Shown here piece after piece: positions 12,275-32,800 of a stretch of 64,000 bases of DNA. The notes below the pieces were generated by a model that saw nothing but the letters and a program-made list of their open reading frames with translations, made no database searches and was not told where the DNA came from. Origin of the DNA: Ancylonema sp. (Eukaryota); NCBI GenBank assembly GCA_050230475.1, contig JBFLGF010000146.1:1-64000 (forward strand), in the 5' to 3' direction. The stretch's first letter is position 1, and the number at the start of each line of letters is the position of its first letter. The position numbers and the translations under genes were made by a program.

Positions 12275-12915
12275 TGTGAGATATAAGTGCTGCAACATAA
12301 CTTGTATATTAATTAAGTGTTAGTTATTTAGATGGCCAAAGTTGCCTATTTAGTTGTTTGGAACTTGTGAAGTGTTTGATGTTGTTTTGGTGTTGTGTGT
12401 GTGTCTATAAAATGAGTAACTTGAGCATGATGCTTATATCAGAAAAGCTTAGATTTGTGACGCGTGTATTTTAGACGTAATGGTATGCTTAATTTGTCTC
12501 GGTAATTTAGTGTCAGTGACAGCGTGGCGACGGCGTTAATTTGCTTGGCGCGCGTGTGCATGTATTTGAAGATTATGTGTGGTAAAAACGGTGTAGATCG
12601 ATCGTTCGATCGACGACGATGACTCAAAGGTCATTTAGCCATTAAAGTGTTTTCTGACTTAGCTACGTGACAAAAGGTCAGACTTTTGGCTAAATAGATT
12701 TAGACTTGCTTCCGAACCACTACAGAGACGATTCTTCTCCGGTATTGATTTTTCACTTGCTTTATGTGAAAGAAGCTTCGTCTATGTGCTGCGCTTAATA
12801 AGTATGTGTGCAATGAGTGTGTGAATAAGTTTATGCACATTTGAGTAAGAGTTAAGTCTGAGTTGACTTAAAGAGTTAAGAGTTGAGTTGAGTGGACGTC
12901 TCTATGGCGTCCACA
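12275..12915 (+). repeat. 5' LTR of the full-length Copia element
   Basis: TG...CA ends, PBS immediately downstream, homologous to 17314-17938. Confidence 0.95.
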
Positions 12916-15900
12916 AGTGGTATCAGAGCCTCCGGCTCTGGATCCGGAGAGTACGCAAAAAAGATATTGCTGAAAGATGTCGCGAGTTATGGTCCGTGGA
13001 AAGCAAAGCTTACGTCTATCTTTAGACGCTGAAGACTGCTGGGATATTGTGAACGGCAGAGTTTGAGCCCGTGCGACTCGCGACTGTGAACGATGTGGAC
13101 GGTGTTCAGGAGAACAAGCCTCAAGTGGATGCCAGGTTGGCAGAAATTAAAGACTTTCGAAAACGCTCTAAGAAAGCCGCGTCTCTCATCACTCAAACTA
13201 TTGATGACACAATTGTCATGAGCTTGGACGTGCAACGGGCGTGATCCAGTCCTTACGTGGAACCAACTTGACGAAGACTACAACAACGTAACACCGGCGC
13301 AAAAATCAGCCGCAAGGAAGGAGTTTCTGATGTTCCAAATTTCAGAAGAAGAGTCTTACCTGGAAATCAAACTAAGGTACAATGATGATCAGGAAGATCG
13401 TGCAGAAAGGAGTAATCAATGAAGAGGATAGGCTAGAAACACTTCTGACGTCTCTTCCAAGTATGATCAAAGAGTCTTACTACGCGCAGCCAATCGCACC
13501 CGGGATAGATTATGTATGGGATCGAACATAGAGGCAATAGATAAAAGGAGAGCTGCTCAGAGTGGAGCGTCCGGTCACAGTGTAGAAGTTTACTACCAAG
13601 GGAGAGGACGCGGGGGAGGTTCATTCATAGGAAAGGGGTGGCAGTCTTGGAAACCGGGGGTCTGGTCGTGGAGAAACCAGTAGGAGTGAGAACTGTTTTA
13701 GGTGCGGAGAACCAGACCATTGGAGCAGGGAGTGTCCGAAGAAGGACAGTGTGTGTGCGTGGTGCAAGAAGGACAGTGTGTGTGCGTGGTGCGGGGGTGT
13801 GGGACACATTGAAGGGGCTAGGGGGGGTAAAACAGGGACAAGGGGTCGTGGTTCTGGAAATGTCGGAAGAGGTCAAGGGGGCGGTCAGGGTAGATATGGT
13901 GAGGGAACGGAAACTCAAGGGCATGCAGAAGTTCTTATTGGGGAAGTGAACATGGGAGAAGGAGATGGTGATGGGGAGGACAAGGAGTGGGTTTGTGACA
14001 GCGGGGCTGATCATCACATGACCGGGGACATCACACTGTTCGACTTCATCGAAGACATTCCTTCTGATTTTTGTAACTTTTTTTTTTTTTTTCATGTACA
14101 GATAAAAAGGAAAGGTAGCCGTCTCACAGTGGGGGGTGGTACGACTGTCGACTGAGAGAGCGAATGGGATGTGGGGAATACTGGAGCTGCGCGACGTGCT
14201 ATACATGCCTGGAATGAGAGTGAATATCTTCTCATTACAGCGAATCAGAAGTAAGGGGTCATGCTGCTATGCAGTCGCAGGGAATCCACAACCGGGGAAG
14301 AAGATTTCAATCTGCAACAAGGTGGGGGAGCAAATTGCCACAATCCTGGAGAATGAAAAGGCAAGACCAACTCTAGTATGTGAGAAGTATCATGGAGCAG
14401 CACAGCTAGAGGGGGAGGTTCTTGGGGGAAAGGGAATTACCATGGAGCTGCTGCATAGAAGACTCGGTCACACTTCCCAAGGGGGGTTGGAAAGATTGGT
14501 TCGTGAGCAGCTGGTGAGGGGACTGGAGGCAGGAATACAAGGGGCTCTTGAGATGTGCAAGGGCTGCAAGATGGGGAAATCAAGTGAGCAGAAGCACCCA
14601 CGAAAATCTCAGGAGCATCGAGCACAGGTGCCACTGGAGCTGGTCCACACAGACATTGCAGGTCCTTTCAACCCAAAGGCAATAGGAGGAGGGGGGATCA
14701 ATACAACCTAGTCATTGTCGACGATTTCAGCCGAAAATCCTGGACAATCCCGCTCGAAACAAGAGCGACACGAAAGTGGCTGAAGGAGTGGATCGTCAAT
14801 GAAAATCAAGTCGGGAGGTGAAGAAGCTGAGGTCGGACAACGGAATATGCTGGTCTGGAGCAGTGGCTGAAGGAGCATGGGATTCTGCACAGCTAGGTCT
14901 CCTCTGGGGTTGCGAGAGGATGAATCGAACTCTACAGGATAGGGTGAGATCGATGCTGGTGGACTTGGGGGCGGTTTCTGGTTTGAGGCAATCTCGACAG
15001 CCTCTTATGTCAGGAACAGAGGACCAGTTGCAGGACTTGGGAGAACACCAGAGGAGCTGTGGACAGGCATCATGCCTACTGTCAAACATTTGAGGGCCTT
15101 CGGGAGCAAGGCGTACGTTTCTCTGGAAAAAATCAAGAGGAAAGGAAAAATGGGGGTTACCAAGTGGGAGAGGGGGTAGTGGTGGGATAATACCCTGTTG
15201 GGAGTGTCGGTTATCGGGTATGGGGATGGCCTATGGGATCCTGTGAGGGGGAAGGTCTTCAATGTCGGGTACCTGACATCGATGAGAATGTTGCACCAGG
15301 GTGGAGGGGTGAAGACATCGGGGGGGAGAGTGTCGATGACATGGAGGAGATTGTTTTCCCAGATCTCGAGGCTGACATTATTCCGGTAGTGGTGCATGGG
15401 CAGCCAGAACAGGAGGATACATCACAGATGCCTATTCTAGTCGAGGACAGCAGTGATGAGGAGGATGGAGACGATGCCATCGATGGAGACAACGATGATT
15501 GGGGGCCCGAGGATGATGCTCCATCAGGAGGGGGCGAGGAGGGTGACATCGAGAATTCTGTGCCTGAGGTAGCTCCCGCAGATGAGCCAAGGCACAGCAA
15601 CAGGGAGAGACGAGGAGTACCACCTCTTCTCTACATTGAGATATTTTTGGCAGCAGTAGCTGAGGAGGAGACAAAACAAAGCCCTACCTCGGTGGAGGCA
15701 GCCCTCAGTGGTGAGCACAGGGGGAAGTGGGAGGAGGCTATGAGGAGTGAGATGGATAGCCTTAAGGAGAATGGGGTGTACGAACTTGTGGACAGGCCAA
15801 AGGGCAAGAAAGTGGTCAAAATCGAAGTGGGTGTTAAGGGTCAAAACGAATGAGAAAGGGGAGAGAGTAATACAAGGGCAGGGTAGTGGCGAAGGGGTAC

Positions 15901-17272
15901 AGTCAAGTAGAAGGGGTTGACTATGACCAAACATTTAGTCCTACAGTCAGATTTGAGAGCATCAGGCAGAAATGGTGGCACTGGGGACAGCGAAAGGAAT
16001 GCATCTTCATCAAATGGATGTGACAACCGCTTTTCTGTACGCACCTCTCGAGGGGAGGAAGTGTACATGGAGCAGCCCCGGAGGGGACGGTGCTACCGGG
16101 AAACGAGAACAAGGTGATGAGGCTGCTCAAGTGCCTCTATGGTCTGAAACAATCTCCTCGACAGTGGAGGAATATCTACATTGACACTGTTTTGAAGCAG
16201 CAGCTGGGATTTGTTCGACTGAAATCTGATTTTGGCATTTATGTCAAGGGGGACGGGGAGGACACGGTTTACATCATCGCTCTTTATGTCGATGATCTTC
16301 TCTCTTCTTGGTGGGGAAAATAATGCTGGAGAGAATAAAAGAGGTGAAGAAGAAGATTGGACTCCATGGGCATGGGGAGTTCAAGATGAAGGATTTGGGG
16401 GAAGCCTTGCTGGGGATTGAAATTAGGAGGCAGGTCAATGGGGATGTCCTTTTGGTTCAAGAGAGGTATGCACGAGATGTCGTCAAGCGGTTCAACATGG
16501 AGGGGTGCAAAATTGTGTCGACACCATTGGAGCTGGGGAGTCACCTGGATATGTCGCAGCAGCCAAGTACAGAGGAGGAGAAATTTGAGATGGCCGATGT
16601 ACCATATAGATCGGCAATTGGCAGTTTGATGTATCTTGCAACATGTACTCGACCTGATTTGGCTGCAGCGGTGTCGGAGCTTAGTAATTTCAGCCAAAAT
16701 CCAGGTGTTGCACATTGGGAGGGGGTGAAGAGAGTTTTACGATACGTGAGTGGTACTGTCGGGGATGGCCTTTTGTACAAGAGGGGGTGCACAGGTGGAA
16801 GTAATGGGGTTACTCAGGATGCTGGACATGCAGGGGATCAAGGAGACATCGAAGGGGAGAAGTGGATATGTCTTTTATGAGTGCTGGAACAACAATCAGC
16901 TGCAGAAGCTCCATGATGAAACTGGTCACTCACAGCAGCTGTGAGAGTGAGTATGTGGGACTCAATGAAGCGGGAAATGAGGTTGTTTATCTTCATCAAC
17001 TTCAGGGAGAGATGAAGATTGGAAAGGAGAGTGTGCTGCTGTTGGGTGATAATGAGTCCTCTCTAAAGCTTGCATTGAATCCAGCGTTTCATCAGAGGTC
17101 TAAGCACATTCGAATTAAATATCACTCTCTGCGTGATCGAGTTGAGGAGGGGCTGATCGCATTGTGCAAGGTCGATACTGGTCTGAATGCTGCAGACATG
17201 TTGACTAAAACTGTAGGTGAGGGAATCCTGAAAATTTGCAAGGGCCTAGTCGGAATGGTGTCGAGTGGCTAG
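12904..17272 (+). pseudogene. Copia gag-pol polyprotein (frameshifted)
   Basis: Successive ORFs including 13751-14155, 14136-14711, 15233-15853, 16090-16323, 16308-16880 and 16862-17272 carry the gag, PR, IN, RT and RH motifs. Confidence 0.93.
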
Positions 17273-17313
17273 AAAGTTACATTAAAGTTGTCTATGTTGC
17301 AGGGAGGGGGGAT

Positions 17314-17938
17314 TGTGAGATATAAGTGCTGCAACAAACTTGTATGTTAATTTAGTGTTAGTTATTTAGATGGCCAAAGAAGTTGCGTATTTAGTTGTTG
17401 GGAACTTGTGACGTGTTTGGTGTTGTGGTGTTGTGTGTGTGTCTATAAAATGAGTAACTTGAGCATGATGCTTATATCAGAAAAGCTTAGAATTGTGACG
17501 CGTGTATTTTAGAATGTAATGGTATGCTTAATTTGTATCGGTAATTTAGTGTTAGTGACAGCGTGGCGACGGCGTTAATTTGCTTGGCGCGCGTGTGCAT
17601 GCATTTGAAGATTGTGTGTAAGTGAAGATCGATCGTTCGATGACTCAAAGGTCATTTAGCCGTTAAAGTGTTTTCTGACTTAGCTACGTGACAAAAGGTC
17701 AAAAAGGTCATAATTTTGGCTAAATAGATATAGACTTGCTTCCGAACCACTATAGAGACGATTCTTCTCCGGTATTTTTTCACTTGCTTTATGTGAAAGA
17801 AGCTTCGTCTATGTGCTGCACTTAATAAGTATGTGTGCAATAAGTGTGTGAATGATAAGTTTATGCACATTTGAGTTAAGAGTTAAGTACTTAAAGAGTT
17901 AAGAGTTGAGTTGAGTGGACGTCTCTATGGCGTCCACA
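17314..17938 (+). repeat. 3' LTR of the full-length Copia element
   Basis: Preceded by the PPT; homologous to the 5' LTR with indels. Confidence 0.95.
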
Positions 17939-18991
17939 GGCTGGTTTAACTATCCCCCGAAAGCTGAGGCAAGCTCCTGCGCCGAAAAGCTTTGCAGAGA
18001 ACGCATGACGTAGCTCGTTATTGCAATGAGGAATCCGAGAAAATATTGCGGAATCATGACAGTGTGCCGCCCGCTGCGCGCCTGTCCTCTTGCCGTCAAG
18101 GCCTTCGGTTGCGTGCTGCCTTTGGAGCGAAGAGGAGCATTGGCTGATTGCGGCAGATTTTCAGCCATGATTGCCGTTTTGTATACTGAAATCTTGAATT
18201 GGGTCTAAAAATGCTAAAACTTGGATTCCGGTTGAGAAAAAGATGTGACATAATTCTGATTTGAATTGATTGGATCGGCTCAGAGTCAAAGGTATGCCCA
18301 AGGCAAGGCAATGCCGGGCCTGAACGTAACGTGTTCGAAGCGTAGTAAATATTTTAGCAATGAGGAGATCGTCATCGATACTTACGTTCATGCGCATTCC
18401 GAATACGAGGACAAATGCCAGCCAGATAAAAGCAAGGCGGGTGGAAGCTGGATTATCTCCGGAGCACACTCTAAACCGATCAGGTCAGAGTGATGAGCTT
18501 ACAAAAGGTTTAGTCATGAGCCGCAACTAGGATCTAAGATCGTTCCTGTACTCTTTTTCCGTACAACGTGGCATCTTTCTTCCTAGCCAAGTGTTTGGTA
18601 ACAACGTCATGCGTAAGCGCGCCAACGATGCGCACTGACTATCGTGCTCGTGTGTGCTTTCTCAGGTGCCGCAATGTGGCACCGACGAGTCTTTCAAACA
18701 TTTCGTTTGTCTTTGCGGGTGTTGCTAATAATGACTCACTCTTCTATAACAACAACTGACACGCTATATCGCGAAACAATATTCACCTTGCTAGGCACAT
18801 CTACTTGTGCACGTGTCAAACTGATATTTAGGCACACGATCATATATGGTCTGACACCCTACACTTGGATGGGAATCCCGTCGTTCGATCATAATAAACA
18901 TGTATTTCTCCTGCCACCACAATCTATACAATCTATACAGCGGTTGAGTGGTACCCAACTCAACCGAGACTGCACACATGGCGATTACGGA

Positions 18992-19159
18992 CGGGTGCAA
19001 AATAGGGGCCGTCATGCTCGACGCTATGTTTGGGTCGTCACGCCTTCGTCTTCGGTCGAAATACAAATTACGGGACCGCGATTTCGTACGAACCCGTACT
19101 AAAAACCATGTTTCAAACCCGCCAATATTTGCATATCGCGGGCCGCGGTTTCGCACCCG
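18992..19159. mobile_element. Possible small MITE
   Basis: Imperfect inverted termini CGGGTGCAAAATAG / CGGTTTCGCACCCG. It starts exactly where homology to 6670-6808 stops. Confidence 0.35.
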
Positions 19160-21349
19160 ACAATAATACAACATCAGACCTGTGACTCGCAGAGTGACTC
19201 GCGATTGACGACTCCATGACATCTGCCCATTGTAATTTTGCCAACATGGCTAAACCTGCTGTAAAACCTGGCCTGCACATCAGTTAATGTGGTCACTACG
19301 ATGCGACAATTACTGCCACCTTTTTCGAGCAAAAGGACGCCACGTGTTCTCCGGAAACGAGACGAACCACTTCGTACTTCGGCCGTTCCCGCCAATTGGC
19401 GTGGAAGATACAGGAAGTTTGGGTTGGGGCATCTAGAGATTGATAGCGACGAGTGCGGCCGATGTGCCGCTGGAAACGAGAAGCGGTGGCAGTCATAAAT
19501 CGAGATGCCGGAAAAAGCCGAGTGCTTCTCTGGACCTTCTTCATGCTTCGTTGTCGGTATCTTGCAAAGTACCGCAACACACATCCATTTGCAGGAGATG
19601 GTTTTAAAAATTGTAGCGTGCGAATACAGTTAGAGTCCCATCACCTTCAGAGGTCGTTGGCGCCGTGGTACTGGCAGGCAACCAGAGCACAATCAGGTCC
19701 GACAAGCTCCCAGATTCGAAGAAAGATGACAGAGGTCATTATTAAGCATGGCGACTGCCTCAAGGACAGCGTGGGAAGTCCGGTGGAAAGTCTGATCCAG
19801 CTGGGAAATTCTTCTGTCCACATACCGCAAATGGGCGTTTGGCGCCGGTCCTGGGGCGATAAGTGAGCTTGTCTCTTTTTGTTGTTGCAACCATTACCAA
19901 TGTCAGACCCATCTGTCATCCCCATCTGTCATCATGTTTCATTTCCAACTAGATATGTATACGGAGATAAGCCTGTGAGGCGGGAAAAGAAAAATAAAGA
20001 CAGCTCTGGAATTGTTCTATAGTCGGTGTGGGTGATTACAGAATAAAGAGCTTTGTTATAAATAAAAGGAACCATCTGAGAAGGAACCCTTTGCAAAATA
20101 TGATATTGCCGAAATTCCGTTTAGTTGACAAATGTCGGTGAGGACGTGTAAGCTGGATTTTGCTTATGAACGGCTACAGGTCGAGGTCTGACCAGCGTGG
20201 GCTGTGGAATGATTGGAGTCTGGCTGATTTATCAGTGTCAAACTCATGATCAGCTCATGATTTTCATTGGGTACAGATTTATGGGGATACAAGAACAACG
20301 GTGGCGACGGTATTGTGTCTGTAAAGGCTGTTGAAGTCAAATTTGTATGGTGAGGATGACCTGGCAGTGTCTTGGATTCACATCTTGTAGGCACATCTTG
20401 TACGCATAGGCGTGGCAGTCGAGAAATTCAGCATTCGGGCTGACATTGATACAGCAATGTACAGCACAATACTGTTTCTTGTATCGAATACGTGTTTTTT
20501 GCATAAAATGTCTGTTTGTTGTATCGAAACTACACTTGTTGTATGAAGGACCCTGGTCGTCTTTGTACTGTGGGTGCAGGAAAATAGCCCAAGTCGCCCA
20601 AGTCGCAGGTTTGGGAGAGTGCCCATGTAAGCCGTAGATCATCTGGTGGAAAGAATGCGAGATATCAGAGCGATACACGGAGGCAAAACCCCCTCCCTAG
20701 TGCCTCTCAATTGGATCATGTGACATCATTGGTGGATGCTGCGAAGTGACAGGTGTCGATTCTCCATTTGGGCTGTTGTCCACTTGTTGCGTCCGTGTCG
20801 GGGGAGATAGAGGGTTTGGGATGTGTATGCATGAAGAATATGAACTTCGGACGGTTTTCAGGGGGAGGGTGGGGAAGGGGGGAATTGTCATGAAGAGGTA
20901 GAGGTATGGTGGAGGTATGGAGAGAAAAAGATGTGTGTGTAATTGCAGTCCCCATTGCTGTAGGCCTATGAAATTTGTGATGGAAGAGAGGAGCATCTTG
21001 AGATGGAAAAGGCTCACAACGAATCAGATTCTGAATCCCCCTCTTCGTGGCCATGGATATTCATGGTTTTTTTCAAACATGCTTAAATTTTTCGATGGCT
21101 CTTCCATCGCAGGTGCAAAGTAGTCGTGCCTATACCGGGTGCGAGAAATGGGCAGCAGGTGTTTTGCTGCCCTCATTTGAAACCCATCCTGGTGTCTGTG
21201 ATTGCATCAAAAGAGAATGCTGTATGTCTTCCACTGTGTACCTAACCATCCTATCTCGTTATTTTTACTCGACTTTGTATGATGGATCAATATGGTGGAT
21301 CGATACGATCAATTTGAACGTCAACCGTGTCAAGGTACGGGCGACCCAC

Positions 21350-21443
21350 AAATTGATCCAAAATTGATCTAAAATTGATCCAAAATTGATCCAAAATTGA
21401 TCCAAAATTGATCCAAAATTGATCCAAAGTTTATCCAAAGTTG
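21350..21443 (+). repeat. (AAATTGATCCA)n 11-bp tandem repeat
   Basis: Read directly from the sequence. Confidence 0.9.
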
Positions 21444-22375
21444 ATTTCTGTTTGGCAAGTGGAGGATAACGGTGGGGCACTAGGATGTCATCTCACGGAG
21501 GATGAGATGTAGAGTCTAGTAGCACGAGTACCTCCATCTTTCAACATGGATAAGAGGAAAGGAGACGGAGAGGAGGGTGGGAAATTCTCACCACCAGTGG
21601 ATTGCAGTGTGCCGTATGCTCGTTAAAATCCTTTTGTGTCGAATGGACGATGTAAAGAACGGAAGTGTGTATAATCCTTGTATGTCGTACATGTGAAGTT
21701 TGTGTGCATATTGCGAACACATTGAATTGTGCAGAACACAACATTTTAAATTCGATTTGTTGAATCGATAGGCAGACTCCACAGAATATACATGTAGTTG
21801 CATATGAAATATTTAACTCGTGTAGGTAGGTTTAACACTGTTTGCCATCGTCATACTCTTCGTACTAAAGTGTGTCGATCACATGAATGTTGTTCCTTTT
21901 TTTGCTGAGATTCGTTTCGAATACATCCTTGTATGGTTTACATGTTATGTGATTGAGTGGGGCATGCAACAATTGCGAGCAGGATGAAACATAGCTGCCT
22001 TCTGTGGCAAATTGTGGATTAAAATATTTTTAACGAAGTTAGCACTCATGAACACCATTTGATGCTTTTCAATGTATCATATCATGAATTCAAATGTTGG
22101 CATCCTCACAAAATTCCGTGCATTGTAAATATTAGAAACAGGCTTACAAACAAATATGGCGACAAAATTCGATGAAACAAGTACATGAACAAACTGCATA
22201 CATTGTCATTTATGGAGGTCTAGATATGTATATTCACACCATCCAAGCTAATGGTGATCAGCTTCACAAAGTCGTGTAACAAAGACTTCTCTAGGAATTC
22301 AGCAACTCAAAATCGATGGTTCTAAAATGTGTGTCACATCGCACATGCACTCCACGTCACATTTCTTTCGGTATA

Positions 22376-29053
<6,678 letters not shown>

Positions 29054-29809
29054 AGTCCTTGAACAAAACCCACACTAGATCTGGGCCATCACGAAAACAC
29101 CAATGATGCAAGTCTTTTCCGCTTGGAAGTCATGCTGGATAAAATGCACCACATGCTTCCAGCTACTCATGCAGGCTAGGCGCCACGTGCGCCACGAGCG
29201 CCAACAGCAAGCTTGATACTGTACGGAGAGTCGGAAAGTGTGTCCCTGCAATTTTCTGGAAAAAAACCTTTTGTGTGAAGGCGTACCCGCCCGTCCCGGT
29301 TCAGTCTGCAGACGCAGAGTCCGGTTCCGGACGCCGAAGACCCACCCGTGGGCGAGTGTCCGTGGCTTCGCATGACGTCATCACTACCAGATCTTCCGAT
29401 GTTCCCAAATCTTGTTCCAGAGATGGGCCCGTCTTTGCGTCATGTAGGAATCTTTGGAATCGCGGCCAAGTGTCACCGGCCTGGCCTGAAAAAGTCAACG
29501 AAGTGTACAGTAAAACTCCTGTACTGCACGTTATAAATGGCATGTTCAGTTCCGATGTTGAAGCTGTGCTATGTGAAACCTGCCCCGCAAGATTTGATCG
29601 AACGAAGCTTGAATTCTTTTGAATTCGAGCTTCGCCGTTGGGCAGAATAATAGCCAGGATCAGTTCATATCCCACATGCATCCCTAACGAACAGTTTTCC
29701 GACAGCGTTGTGCAGACCGTACTGATCCCAGCGGAAATAGCCTCTCACCTTCAACGTACATCTGTCTGAAGGATACTGATTTTATCACCGACTGTGCGAC
29801 AAGTTTGCA

Positions 29810-32800
29810 ATGGATCGTGCTCGAAAATTTTTCAATGGCAACCGCGGCAACTTAGGAGAGGATAAGGGAGATTCGCAGGCCAAGTCCACTGCTCGAGTTT
29901 CATCATTCTTCCATCCGAGAACTGCCAGCGAGATCAAGCGTAGAGTTTATTACAGAATCATCATCGTAGCAGCTTCAATACTTTTTTTCGTGTGGTGTCT
30001 GGCGGAAGCTGGAGCATACACTGCTCCAGGTGACAGATTCACATCCTATTCAATGATTGTCATAATGCATGTGAAGCCTCTGGGATCAGTTTTTTTTTTT
30101 TAATGAATTCGCAATCCCGCTCATTCTGTCACCTTTTGATGTCAGAGCCAAGGTGCGGCAGAATTGAAAAGCATCAATGTGGGAATAGTATCGAGAGGGG
30201 CACATTGTTTTCCACCATAGGGTTGGCGAAGAGAATTGTCACTGTCGCTGGTCGATTCACGCCATGACCGAAATATGTATTCGTAGGTTCGGCCCCTGAC
30301 TCGCTCCTTCCCCTCACCTCCGTCGCTTGTATGCAGCAAATAAGAGTAACGGCCAGGACACCTCTAGTGGCCAGGTAGAGATTCGCGAGCTGGAGCCAGG
30401 GTGGAGGCTGAGGCACTTGCATGAGCGTACACAATGTTGTATGACGATGGCATATCTTCAGGGGTAGATGGAATTTTGAGCCTGCAGCATGTGCTGCAGG
30501 CCGAATGAACCATATACTACTGTCATTGAAATGGTTATGTTACAGGAGACGAGTCAAACTAGTCAACCATAATAAATGCATCGGCAGAAGCCTTGTACGT
30601 AACACACGTGAGGCCCGACCTTTTGGCAAAGCTTGGAAATTTACAACAGGAGGTGATATATCAGTATGCTGCCTTCCGCCTTCTTTTATTGGTACGTTTA
30701 CACCAAGTGACGTATCTGTGTGGACTGGTTGCAGCGAAGCAAGGTCCCCGGAAGCAGCCGGAATGACCCCTCACCAACTCTGTCTTCTCCAGGTAGGACA
30801 CCTCTATATTCGATCACCTCTTTTTTTCGAGGATAAGGTGATGCTTGCAGGATAAGCCTCACTTCCTTTTCTCTGCAACATGTCCTTGGAGTTTAGCGTG
30901 AAGATCTCATGGCTTGTTTTTTAGTACGTGTTGGTTCCAAGACCCTGATAGGAACTGAACCTCTTCTCGTTCAGGAAACATGTCATCAAACGGCTCGTCA
31001 ACGCCGGTGATCGGAGTTGAGGAGCAGGTTACGGATGAGCTTGTTGTGAAAAGTGGCGATGTGTCGAAAGACACAGATGATCCAGGGACACCTGTTTCTG
31101 ATGCCGTCCATGGTGACACCCCAGGTGAGGAACTGGTGGTAGGACTGAATGAGGCCCGAGGGAATGGTCGGCAACGTTTGGATGAAAAGCATTGACAGCG
31201 TGACTCAAATTCTGGTACACTGAGTGGGAAAGGAAGGAACACAAGTAGCAGCTGTTTGGTTACCAACCTAGGTCTTCCCACCTACCTTTCATGAATCTTC
31301 GGAGTCCAAGCAAAGGCTACCAAAAAGAGAAAGAGTGAGCACTATATCCAGGTCAGAAATCCAGATGAATTCGACAAACACAAATCGTTTCTTGGACAGA
31401 GGGACCAGGAGAAAGGTTGGTTGGTTGGTTGGCAAACCAGCGGTTTCTTCGTGACGGTTAATGCACATGTGGTCTGAGTGAGGAGTGGTTGGGGGGCTGG
31501 ACAGGCGTTGATGCAACTAAAATTCCTGCGGCTGGAGAAGGCGCTGATCTGGTGAGCTTATAAAAGCCCATCATTGGCTGACCTTGAACCCAACCTTTTT
31601 TCATTACCTCTTCCTATTTCGCAATTGACCTTTTAATCTGCTTTCAGTCTTCCTGCACAGACGCAAATGGCCCCGAATCTGTTGACAGGTGCCACAAACC
31701 ATGAACGATGAATGTACTTTCAGACATGAGGAATGTTTGCTTGCGCTGAAGAATCGGTTGCGCAATTCAGGTGCGATATGGAACATGTGGAAGCAGATGT
31801 GAGTATCCTGAGTCGACTACACAACAAACATCATCATTCTTACTGATGCACTCATGTACTTACTGACCAGGGGGCCGGGTTGCCGGGGAGTTTGGTTCAG
31901 GTAGAACATCATGGCGGTGTGGAGGGAACGCCACATGATGCAGAGGGCGAAGGTGGTGGACAGCAGAAGCTGGCAGTGGCGTCAGAGGACAGCGAACAAG
32001 AGTCCAGGGTTCTGGTTGCCAAACAAAAATCCGAAGAGGGAACTGAGACGAATGAGGAGGAAACAGGAGTGCTGACGACAGCAGACGGAGAGGGAGAGAG
32101 GGCGTCTGGCGGCAATCCTGGAATGGGGGATAGGTCATCAGGATTAACAAAAAGCGAGAACCAAGACGCTGAACATGGGGATGACTCGAAAGTGGGCAAG
32201 ACAACAGAGGATGGGGGAGAGAAATCGGGTAGCAGAGATGCGTCGGCAGCGGCACAGGCGGAATATGATGACGCGCGCGATAAGGGTGCCTCTCATACCA
32301 CCAGAAAGAAAGGAAAGGAGCGTAAGAGTGTGGAGGATGGTAGGGACGACATATATGGCGGGACTGTTCGTCCTTCTCCAAAGCTCTCTGGTGAAGTGGA
32401 GGGGAAAGGAGGGGGGGAGGATGATGACCCATCCTCTGAAACCGAGAGTATCCTGGGCGAGCCAAAGAAGGGGTTGAAGCAGAGGGTGGCGAAGGAGGGT
32501 GACATTGAAGAGGAGGAAGAAAGGGAGGTGAAGAGGGTGGGTGGGAGTAAAGTAGTGAAAAACAAAAGAGGCACGGCAGGCGAGGAGGAGGAGGGGGAAG
32601 AGGTGGGCGAGGAGCCTCAGGTGCGTGCCAGCAAGATTCTGGCAGAAACAGACGAAGCGGACCGACTGGCACTTGTGAAGGTGGCAGAAAGTGGTTTGAC
32701 AAAGACCAAGAAGAAGGAGGGAGAGGAGGGTGGTGGAGAGGAGCGTGAGGGGGGGGGGATCGGGGTCTCTCAGGGCACTGCCCTGGGGGCAATGGGGGGA

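Larger units (their letters stand above)
12275..17938 (+). mobile_element. Full-length degenerate Ty1/copia LTR retrotransposon
   Basis: LTRs 12275-12915 and 17314-17938 (TGTGAG...CCACA); PBS TGGTATCAGAGC at 12918-12929; PPT AGGGAGGGGGGA at 17301-17312. Domain order gag (CFRCGEPDHWSREC), protease (WVCDSGADHHMT), integrase (HRRLGH, CKGC, VHTDIAGP), RT (HQMDVTTAFL, LYGLKQSPRQW, ALYVDDLL), RNase H (ESEYVG, DNESS, KHIRIKYH, ADMLTK). Many frameshifts. Confidence 0.97.

Noticed and set aside
17950..19950. Several 60-150 aa ORFs on both strands
   Set aside because: No recognisable motif or consistent splice chain; partly repeat-derived.
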